This document shows positions 53,425 through 64,000 of a stretch of 64,000 nucleotides of DNA, one piece after another. Positions within the stretch are counted from its first letter, which is position 1. Every line of letters begins with the position of its first letter. Made by a program: the position numbers and the translations under genes. The notes under the pieces were generated by a model, which searched no databases, was not told where the DNA came from, and saw nothing but the letters and a program-made list of their open reading frames with translations. The DNA is from the human T2T-CHM13v2.0 reference genome, Homo sapiens: the NCBI RefSeq assembly GCF_009914755.1, contig NC_060926.1, one strand, 5' to 3'.

Positions 53425-54879
53425 TTTTCCCCTTATTCTTTAAACAATAAAAACAAAACCACAAAATGCAAGTCAGTAATTAATATTGGTAGTGATCTAG
53501 ATAATGAGAGTTTTTTAGTATAGTTACAAACGAAATATTTGAGTATGCTCTGTAGATGCTTCGTTGGTTTATAGCTTGTTGTTTCACATAATTGTGAAAT
53601 AGTGAAACATTTATCATTGTGTTAAAGTTAGAGCTATTTGGCTATTTAAGAAATTTTAGAAAATGATGAAATAACTGTCTCATTCCAACTTGAGAAGCAG
53701 TTACTCAATGAGAATATGATACTGAAACCAATGAAAGTTAATGTGTGAGTGGTGAGATAACAAAAAAAAAGAAAAAGAAAAAACACAAGCCGAACAACAA
53801 CAAAATATTATCCAATAATGTTTTAGCTACCAATATAGATTTTTCTATTGATATGAGTAGAGGGTGGGCATTTAAAGTCACTTTCACTTTCAGATCAATC
53901 CTATTTTGGTTTATTTCCAAATCCAAATAAAAACAATAAGGTTCACCTATTGGCCAGTGATTTATTAAAGAATCTGACGATGTATCTAGAACAACTTAGA
54001 AGGCTGTTTTATAGGGAGTTATTCTAAAGAAATTATTTGGAAGTTGTCCGTCTTGAATTTACAGCCAAAATTTTTATTCCCTTTGTGATCTAAGTGGAAT
54101 AGATCCATCTTCTGCTCCAATTACTGGTCAATATGTCAGTCAGATCAAATGCCACTAATAAGATGCTAAAAAGTGCTTTTGAGGAACATAGGGATTTCTT
54201 TAATAAGGCATGAAGTATTTTTTAATCCGTTTCTTCCTTGTTAAAAGCCTATGATTCTCACAGATTGTTCTGTCATGATGTGGTTTTGATCCTTTATGAG
54301 AAGGAAAAACACATGGTGGAATTCTGAAATATAAAGTTAAAAATTGAGTCCAGGTAGCCTCCTCAATAGCAGCCCTACTTGAAATCTTGCGTAATAACAC
54401 GATCCCTTCTGGAAGTACTGTGACGAGCAAAATGGGGAAGATTTTTAAGGAAGCCTGTGAAAATATGTGGAAAACTCTTTTCTTTATGAATTAAATTTTC
54501 AGTACTTGCTTTTGACTTATAAAGAATTAGGTTTCTCATATTCTGAATAAAGTCCACAAACTCCAGAATACCAAACCAATGAGTAATCATGGGAACTCTA
54601 TAAAAAAACAAAGATAATGTTGCCCTGGAGAAGAAACTGCCTTTTTTAAAAAAATTTATTTAATGTGAAATATCATTGCTTCAGGGCATAAAAGCAAAAT
54701 GACCAATCTCTGAATATTTCCAGTTCCCTCATTTATCTCATTATTTGTTTATCAGTCTTTCTTCCCATCTGAGCACAGCAATTAAAATAAATTTAATTCC
54801 ATCATAGCTAAATGGAATAGGTACAACAGTGAGAAACATCCTAAGAGCAATAGCAAGGGATAGAGATAGGTAGTGGGTG

Positions 54880-55215
54880 GTGACAAGATCATAGCCATCT
54901 GCCCGCTGCATGGAAAATGAATTGGAGAAGGGTTGGGGTGGGGGGGTGAAACTAGAACAGATAATGTACTATCACGGGCCTCTACATGTGGCACAGTGGT
55001 GGCTTGGATTAGGGTGGTAGAATTGGTGATAGAATTGAAATTGAAAAATACTTCATGAGTAAAGGTGTAAGGCATTATGTTGGGTTGGATATAGGGCCGG
55101 AAGTCATGAGCATTGCTTTATATTCTTCAGTAGATGGGAGATAATACTGGAAGCAGGTCAGGTTGGAGTGAAGAAGATATAGGGATAATAATAACAAGCT
55201 GGTTTGGGACATTTG
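54880..55215 (-). mobile_element. L2 fragment
   Basis: tggaaaatgaattggag...gtggtggcttggattagggtggtag...tttgggacat. Confidence 0.65.
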
Positions 55216-56169
55216 GAGCATACTAAATCTTTTTCTCCTTTCTGTTCCATATTCCATCCACATTGTCATGTCCCCATAAAAGGTAAATAAAGAACCACCG
55301 AGGGTGTGACCCATATCACTCTATTTAATCTCAGACTGGCAGAAATATTAAAATTATATTTCCTTTATGTGTGTATGTGTCTATAACACACAGATAGACA
55401 CACCTAGCTATGTACATCCCTATTCTGTCTGTGTAGCATCATGATGAAAACAAAACAAAACAAAATTCCGTATTTCTCAACATCCCATCACTGTTATGTT
55501 AAAGCATTGAAAAATTTCATCGTGGTGCTTTTCTCAATTAATATTTATAGAGTTGATTTTATGACTCTCTCAACAAAGTGACCAAAATATTAGTTATATT
55601 TACAATAGTTATAAATAAGTGCTTAGATCCAAAATCACACAGGAAAAGTCTTTGTCTTATTTTGTGTCATATTCTCCTTCCTCCTTGTCATTAAATAAAA
55701 ATCTCAATAACTGTCATTTAACTAATGGTTTATATAGGGAGCCTTCTTCTTAGAATTGCCAATAGTCAAATAGATCTTGATAGCACTTAATTTTGAGTAT
55801 TTGGGTGCAAGAAGTTCCACAAATGGCTTTTCTACTCATATTTTTAAGGGTTTCCTTCTCTCTTCCAGAGACTGTTTCTTCTGCGTGAACTGTAAAAGGA
55901 CCTCTTATGCTTTATCTTCAAGCCCAGCAATGAATGTAAGGTTCAGAAAATTTGACAGATATCCCCCTCCACGACTTATCTTTTAAATGAAAAATAAATT
56001 TAAGAGCAATACCAAATGATTTTGACCAAGTTTGGAAAAAAATGTACTTGTTTAGATCTGTCTTTGCTGGCAAAATGATGGAAATTTGTGGTAAATATTT
56101 GAATACCATTAAGAAAACCTAATTTGAAGATTCAGGCTCTCATTGTCTACTATATGATGTGCCTGCTCC

Positions 56170-56573
56170 TTGGCAGAGCATTTAAAGTGTTCCATAGCAT
56201 ACCACCAGGCTACTCTTCTATCTTTATCCTTGTCCATGAGACAAATGAAACTGCTTGTCATTCTCTACTTTTCCTAATTATGTTCTCTAGACCTGAAATC
56301 TTTTGCTGTCTTACCAGATCACTTTCTTTCTCACCTTTCGTTCAAAACTCTCGTATTCAACACTCTCCAAATTTTGATGACTTTTCTTTCAAGGCCTGTC
56401 TCAAATGCTATTTCCACCATAACAGTGTTTTGCTATTTTTCTTAAGGCATTTTTCATAATTTGCTACTTTAACTTTGTAAAACTCATGCTTATTCCTGTA
56501 TTTGTTACTCTGCTTATTGTAGTGACTTGCACATGTCATGCAATCAGTAAATATTTTTTGAATTAAGTTGAAT
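56170..56573 (+). mobile_element. L2 3' fragment
   Basis: tctttcaaggcctgtctcaaatgcta...tcagtaaatattttttgaat tail. Confidence 0.6.
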
Positions 56574-59039
56574 CACCCCTGCTGACAACTCCTATTTACG
56601 TAAGACATTGGGAAATTATTCAAATCACAGAATCATCTTGTTTGCATCGACAAAGGTAGTCTACCGGGCTCTCTCCATTATATTGCCTCATTAGGCCTCA
56701 TTCACCAAACATGAGTTGAACACCTACTAATTGCAGCATGCTGTGTTGCTCTGTCCTGTAAACAGGACCATGTATAATTACATAATCATACATCAGGAAA
56801 AATATATAATTATGTGCATCTCACATATTCAAAATAACTTTCTAAAATAAAATAATTAGACTAACTTGATATCAATTAAATCTTGTCCAAATAAAGACTG
56901 AATATTCAGCTTTGTTCAATCTCTTGTGAATGCTGATAAAGAGAGTCAATCTTTCCACTTGAGAAAAACAATTATCACATATCTAACCCAGGCACTCATT
57001 TATTCAATAATTTTCTCTACCAAAATTCATACGTAAAGAAAAATGTGTTTCATCTCAGCACCTTGGTTGGTTTTCAAAGACGCTTATTAGGATTTGGTTT
57101 CACAGTCTCTGATTTTAGATAGGTCTCTTAGGATTGGTTATAAGAGCTGAAGCCTCGGAGGCAGCAAACAATTGTGGAAAATCTGTGAAGTAATGTTGTC
57201 CTTGCAACATTTTCCGGCCTACTTTTCAGGACCCATGGGATTCAGATAAGCACTAAGTGTGTGTCCAAAAAAAACCACTGAGGTTTTTAAGCCACTGTCC
57301 ATCCTTAGTATAACTTTTTCATGAAAAATTAACTTAATAGAATACACTCTTTTTCCATGATTAAAAAACTTAAGAGATCAGGGACTACCTGGGCATGTGT
57401 GATCTGACAATTCACTGTTTTAATTTAAAATGTCCAGGCAGTATTGCATTCATAAAATGACCGCACTGATATGTAAGCCAAAAAGCATAAGAAGTGCATT
57501 ATGGGTAAGAAGTTTATTTTTGTTATTCTTTTGAAATCTTCAGCTGGTATTAAAAACAGATCTTTTGAGCTAGAACAACAGTCGTACAGGTAGACTTCCT
57601 ACTTTTGGAAAAGATCTGGTCTTTAGCTTATGGGAACCGAGCCGAAGCAGATGTGAAAAGTTCAACTAAAGGAAGAACAGATTAAATGCACTTTTGTGGT
57701 TGAAAAACCAAAACAGATGTTATTATTAAACCACAGAAACCTGGGTGCATTTAAGTAACACTAGGTGTCTGAATTTTACATTTGTATTTAAAATAATTAA
57801 GGCATTTTAAAGCCACAGAGGCTATTGTGTGCTATCAAACTCTTAATGTTCAAATCAAAAAGTTTGCATATTAAAAAACTCTCAGAAATATTGAGTGTCT
57901 GCCATTGTGTTTGTCATCATCTGAAAATGAGAAAGAAAGCATCTGACAATTAAAAACAAAACCTTTTGGTGATGTTTACATTATTTTTCAAAAGCATTTT
58001 GAAACCATTCATTTGTGTACTTTTGTTTTTTACATCTTTAGATAGCAAGCAACCCTGAAATGTCTAGATTACTGTTTTTACAATGTAAATCTTAGAGAGA
58101 TTAAGTCACAGAACAGAATTAAGATGTTGCCAATATATGAATTCACAGGCCGTTGTTCCACTAACTGGAATACTTCCCTACTCATGACAGCCTCTACCAT
58201 GGGATACAAAATGGTGTGGGAAAGCAAATACAAATCAAAATTGTCCCACACATTCATGCCTACACTTTGATATTTAATTTTGAATTTCTCCATAAATTTT
58301 GTTCTAATATGCCCTCTCTCTACTTCAATCCAAAGAGGTTAAAAGTCCAAATCAAAAGCTGTTGTCCTGTGAAAAATCCTGTACTAGAGAAAAGCCAACA
58401 GAGAGAGAGGGGGGGTGGAAAAAGGAAAGGTAATAGTGATTCATTTCATAGTTAGATGCCCTCAATCATTAATCTAGATATGTTCTACACACTGGGCCAA
58501 AAGGGATGCATTTAGATAAAATGGACCTTAAGGATGTAATCTTTTACCTCTATTTGGAAAAATAAGTGTTGCATAATGTGGGATGATTTATGAAAGAGCT
58601 GGGAGGATGCCAAGCTTCTATATTATGTAGTCTTTGAGTATTGGAAGTGGAAGAATTTTTATTAATTATCCATTCCCATTGGAAGAATTCTCTTTTCCAC
58701 TCTGGATCTCAAATTAGGAAGGAAATGAGGGTGACTTATAAATTGTTTTGGATTTTTTTTTTTTTCAAATCACACATGCTTTTTATCTCTACATGCTCTT
58801 TTAGAAAGTTCTCTGAGATGATCCTGACTCCCACCCCTGGTTCTCGCATTCTGCCACCCCCTCCTTGAGAATCCCAGCTTTTTAACATTCAAGGTGGGAC
58901 TGACTACTTCTTCAGCTGATCACTCTAAGCTATTAATGATATGGCCAGACTGCTACAACCCCCATAATTTATACAAGACTTTGTATCATCATTTTGGTTA
59001 CATGTTGAACTCATAATATTTTAGATAAAATTTTGTTAA

Positions 59040-59162
59040 TTAAATGTGCTCTCATAATTTCATGTTTCTTTTACATTTTAAAAATGTGACTACTAGAAAA
59101 TTTAAAATGACTTATTTGGCTTACATTTGTGGCTTGTATTATATTTCTGTTGGACACCTCTG
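59040..59162. mobile_element. MER33 terminal fragment (opposite orientation to the 9.6 kb copy)
   Basis: aatgtgactactagaaaatttaaaatgac...acatttgtggcttgtattatatttctgttggacacctctg. Confidence 0.75.
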
Positions 59163-60373
59163 CTGTATCTGGTAAAGAAAAGGATAGTGAGAGAAATATG
59201 TGACTTCTAGGGGAAAATGATATAATGCATCACTTTACTCTGAGCCACACTCCACCATTGGTGGCAACAGTTTTTAATATGTGTGGAAAGCATTTAAAAA
59301 CAAGTTAGGTAGTTAGCAATTCTTGGAAGAAATAATGGACAAGATCCCAGAGCAAGCATCTTTCAGTTGATCGGGCTAATCGTGATGGAGAGGAGAGATG
59401 GCAGTTCAGCAGGGATGCTGTGAGGGGAAGCCCCTGCCGGGCATCAGCACTGTGTGTAGGGACTAGTTACCTATGGATGGAGTAAGCTGCACCCCCCAAG
59501 GAAGGTGCATTCTAGTTAAGACTTAGATGTGGATAATCCAGTGTATGGAGTTCTTTTGAGAAACTGTAAAAGGGAGAAACAAGAATACAGGGGAGAGGTG
59601 AAACTTTCTAACAATTAGAAATCATTTATTAATGTTTAAATTTCATAAATATCCATTTAACCTCTTTTGAGGTCTATTTAAGCCTTTTTCTAGTCTGGGG
59701 AGGGAACAAGAGGGAAAATAAAAACTTCTCTCTATATCCATGATGTTTGCATTTAAAGAAAATAGAAAGATGGTAACAAGCAGACAAATTATGTCAGGTT
59801 TTTTTTTGTTTGTTTGTTTTGTTTTTGTAAAGAAAATAGAACAAAAAGATAAAGAGTGAGGGCATGTTGATTTGGAAAAGGTGGTTAGGAACCCCTTTTT
59901 GAGGCAGTGACTGTTAAGCACAGACCTGATGGAAGTGATAGAACAAATCAAGCAGATAACTGTGGAAGATATTCCTGGCAGGAGAGCAGCCACTCAAAGC
60001 CCCTGAAGCAGGAAACTGCCCTGAGTGTGTTTGAGGAATAACAAGGGACCAGTGATGCTATAGAGCAGTGAGTGACTGAGAGAGTGCCAGGAGGTGAGAC
60101 TGCAGAGAGAATTGGGAATCTAACTTATCCTTGGAGAGATCGGGTCTCCAAGGATAAGCGATGGCCAGCCTCTGTAGGGCTTTGAGCATAGTACTGATAT
60201 TATCTGGCTATGTTTGAAAGGATCCCTCTGACATTTAAGTGGAAACACAGATTCTAGGGAAGCAAGGGGGAAGAAGCACTGGTGAGGAAGCTGTTTGAAT
60301 AGGCTCGGTGAAAGCTGGTCATAGTTTAGAGGGCTAGGAGTGGAGGTGGTTAGAAGTGGTTAAATTTAAAATA

Positions 60374-61156
60374 AAGGCGTTTCCCGACTTACCATTGTTT
60401 GACTTACAATTTGCAAACTTTACGATGGTATAAAAGTGATACACATTCAGTAGAAACAGTATTTTTGAATTTTGATCTTCTCCCAGGCTAGAGAATGCAG
60501 TACTACACTCTCTTGCAAACCCACAGTTCCCAGTAAGCCATGTGATCACCAGGGGAAACAACTGATACTCTATAATGTGGAGATGCTCCTCAACTTACAA
60601 TGGGGTTACATCCCAATAAACCCATCCTAAGTTGAAAATATCATAAGTTGAAAATGCATTTGATAAACCTAACCTACCGAGCATCACAGCTTAGCCTAGC
60701 CTACCTTAAATGTGCTCAGAACACTTATATTAGCCTATAGTTGGGCAAAACCATCAGGCAACACAGTGCACTCTAGAGTATCTGTTATTTACCCTAGTGG
60801 CCACATGGCTAGGAGCTGTGGCTCCCTGTTGCTGCCCAGCATCATGACAGAGTATTGCACTGAATTTTGCTAGTCTTGAAAAAGGTCAAAATTCAAAATT
60901 TAAAGTTCAGTTTCTGTTGAATGCCTATTGCTTTTGTACCACCATAATGTTGAAAAACCATTATAAGTCATGTACCATCTCTACTGCCAGATGATTTTTC
61001 CCAACTATAGGCTAATGTAAGTGTTCTGAGCACTTTTAAGGTAGGTTAGGCTAAGCTATGATAGTTTAGGTATACTAGGTACATTGTTGACTTACAATAT
61101 TTTCAACTTAAGATGGATATCAAGACATAACCCCACTGTAAGTCAAGGAGCATCTG
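60374..61156 (-). mobile_element. MER47B (Tigger5 family), outer copy, interrupted at 60580-60983
   Basis: Flanked by TA at 60372-60373 and 61157-61158; ends ...gtaagtcaaggagcatctg; the two halves join as one reverse consensus. Confidence 0.88.
60580..60981 (+). mobile_element. MER47B, inner copy, inserted antiparallel into the outer MER47B
   Basis: Starts (g)agatgctcctcaacttacaatggggttacatcccaataaaccc and ends ...taagtcatgtaccatct(c), followed by TA. Confidence 0.9.
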
Positions 61157-61299
61157 TATTTCATGAATTTGAGCCAAAGGCTTTTCTTGATGGGTTGCAT
61201 TTATAGACGAGGGAATGAAAATAATCAAGAATAAACCCCAAATTTGGGCCTCTATAGCTATAAAAATGGAATCACCATTTATAAAGACAGAGAAATATG

Positions 61300-61590
61300 T
61301 AATAGATAGTAATAAACCAAAGATGCATATTGTAAATCACAGGATATTTGCTAAAGGGATAGCTAAAGAATGAATAGCTAAGAAGTTAATAAAGGAGAAT
61401 ACCAAACGATGAAAAATATTTGATTAATCAAAAAGAAAAAGCAAAAATGAGAAAAAGTCTAAAACAGGTGGATTAAATACAATAGAAAACAATATGGTAC
61501 AGACTTAAATCCAAATATATGCAATTCCTTTAAATGGACAAAATATTCCATTTTAAAAATCTAAGCTGACAGAATGACTTCAAAATATAA
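61300..61590 (+). mobile_element. Old L1M fragment (inter-ORF region and ORF2 start)
   Basis: gatgcatattgtaaatc...atggtacagacttaaatccaaa...aaatggacaaaatattccattttaaaa. Confidence 0.75.
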
Positions 61591-63837
61591 ATTGAGAAGG
61601 AAACTGTGGAGTAGGAACAGGTATAGATGAATGAAAACGAGTGTTCAGTTTGGAATGTATCAAGTGGAGAGGATTCCTTGACTGTGGAATATTGAATTCT
61701 GGAGTTCAAGAGAGAGGTCAAGGTTAAAAATGTCAATTTGAATCCCCAGAATTTTTGAACAGTTAAGAGTCAGCCTCTCGAATTTGTGTTTAGATAAACA
61801 GTGACTAGGTGACAAGTTAAATAACTATTTGGAAGACATGTTTCAAAACATTACTATTACTCGTATTAGCAAACTTGTCCAATTTCTTTCATTTTAAGAT
61901 TCTATAAACGATCAAACAAGTATTTCACTGAGAGAGAATTCAGACCAGTTGGTGACTCCAGTTGTTGCCAAATTTGTAGTCTACCATTATAAGATGAGTC
62001 CATGATCCTTCCCGGTGAACTATCTCATTTCTTCAGAATAAAAATTTCTTTATTTTGTTTCATCTAAATCATATGAAACAACTCTAAAGCCTATTAGCCT
62101 TCAGCTCCTTTCAAGGGGCTCCAAATTGCCCTCAGACTCATTCATTTACTTTACTAAATGCCACTGAGACAGTCACTGATAAATTTTATTTTGTTAAGAT
62201 TTTACTTTTGTTAAAAATATTTTAAGAGTTTTAAATATATATTATATATAAATATATAGTGTGTGTTTGTGTGTGAATAAACAAGGGGATTCAAATTTTT
62301 TAATCCCTGCCTTTTGTTTCTTCCTGATCACTATCTTTCTAAATGTATCATTAAAAGTAAAATGCGAAAATATTTTTCTACTGTGAAGTTGTTTTTGATT
62401 AGCATATGGATTATTATTATTATTCTAACATAGAGTTCTCACCACTATAGCTCTTGCTTTTTAATTCATATCCAACAGGTAGTCTTTTTTAAAAAACTTA
62501 TTTAGGTATTTGCCCCTCTGAATGAACTAATATTTCAGACATAATTCTGCAACTTTTTACTTGACTCTATTAAATGTCATCTTCATTTGCAGCCACAATT
62601 CTAGATTCTCGAGATGTTTGTATATTAACTCTATATTCTGAAGCAATAGCTCTCTTTTAAGCTTTATGTTATGAAAAATAAATATGCTTCCTTCTGCATC
62701 TCTTAATCCAAGCCATTTACAAAAACTCTGTGCAGAAATGAGAGAACGGAAGCCCACATCATACCATATCAAGTATGCTTCTTCTCTAGTACACATTGAT
62801 CAAATGTCTCTAGGTGCATTTCATTGGAGACACATTTATCTTACATGAATCACATCATGTATTCTCTGCAAATAGGAGCTGGAGAATTGAGAGAGGTAGA
62901 GAATAGGAGAGGACACTGTAAATAATAGAGGCTATTCTTCCCTACATTCTATTCAATTGATGCTTACCTTGTGATTTGGTTCTCATGAAATTACTATTTT
63001 TATATCGTTCTTAGTTTGATCATTTTGTCAAGCTGAGTGTGATTTTAGTTAAAATTTTTTTTGATATGCAATATAGCTCATAAACATGAGCCAAACTTCT
63101 TCATATAATGCTCAATCATAGAAAAAATGATTAGTTTCATAGCTGGAGGAAAAACTGCCTGTATTGTTCTTATTGGGACACATTAAAAACAATTTCAAGG
63201 GCAATTTTGACTGCACATTACTACTATGCTACAAATAAGATATGAAACCTTTAAGATATGACTCGTCTTAACTGTCCCATAATTTAACCTACAATCTCTA
63301 TCTTATCAATAAAGATAGGATGTGTAATTTCTGATGGGAATCAAGAAGTATTATTTTGCTTTTTCTTAATCTCCCAAACTAGAAACATTCCTTTAAAATG
63401 AAGTTAGTGAAATGTTACTTGTTATCTGTAGTAACAGATAGCCTATCCTTTTCTATTTCTATGTGATCACAAATTTTATTTTGTAACCCATCTATCTTTT
63501 AATATATTCTAGAATTCCCTTAACATTGTGTAGATTTTCCCATGTTCAGATATTCTGGCTTGAATTCAGGGGGCAATAATAGATACTCCTTAAGTGTGGT
63601 TTTAGTTCTTATCCTGCAAAGTGCTTAGCACCAGTCTTTCCAATTTCTGCTCCTGCAGCTTCTCCTCTTCATAAACCAAATTTCATAGTGCCTTCAAGGT
63701 CCAGGCAAAGATTCAGCATTTTCATAACGTTTTCTCTGAATAGTAATGCCCTATGGTAAGAATTTCCTCTCATAATGTACTCATCATGTGTAAAATAATC
63801 ATTCACTATTAAAACAAATGTTGTTTTATAATTGTTC

Positions 63838-63945
63838 CTGTATTTATTCAGTAAATATGCAGTGAACATTTACTATAATCCAAGCATGTTAGGTACTGTG
63901 ATAGAACAGTAGCAAAATAAAGTCTCTTACAGTCTAGTCTAATTG
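63838..63945 (-). mobile_element. L2 3' end fragment
   Basis: tttattcagtaaatatg...tgttaggtactgtgatagaacagtag...cttacagtctagt. Confidence 0.65.
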
Positions 63946-64000
63946 TAATGGTAGTACATTTAAAATGTATCCACAGTCAAGTAAAGTGTGGTTTAATATA

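Larger units (their letters stand above)
59620..61750 (-). mobile_element. L2a split by MER47B (60374-61156) and an L1M fragment (about 61300-61590)
   Basis: Reverse L2 text is collinear across the insertions: ...ggaggtggttagaagtggttaaattt | ...gatgggttgcat... | ...ctggagttcaagagagaggtc. Confidence 0.8.

Noticed and set aside
62557-62796. 79-aa minus-strand ORF with splice-like signals
   Set aside because: No recognisable protein, AT-rich background composition, a weak donor and no partner exons.

Overview
AT-rich, CpG-poor, non-coding simian primate DNA, most likely human intronic or intergenic sequence. I can support no protein-coding exon, tRNA, rRNA, CpG island or CRISPR array, and the supplied ORFs are explained by Alu, THE1, L1, L2, microsatellites or chance. 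The window is a record of transposable element insertions: 11 Alu/FRAM copies, two full-length THE1 (ERVL-MaLR) proviruses in inverted orientation 1.8 kb apart, solo THE1/MLT1/LTR16 LTRs, an L1M 5' end, many MIR/L2 fragments and DNA transposons (MER33, MER5, MER47). The most unusual structures are a 36-bp-arm hairpin at 18.5 kb, a MER47B inserted antiparallel into another MER47B, an unusually intact fish-like L2-clade 3' tail beside a PBX-HOX motif at about 1 kb, a possible hAT transposase fossil and several motif-dense candidate enhancers. I see no convincing new biological system; the findings are leads. Repeat subfamily names come from recalled consensus sequences, and boundaries of old MIR/L2/LTR fragments are approximate.
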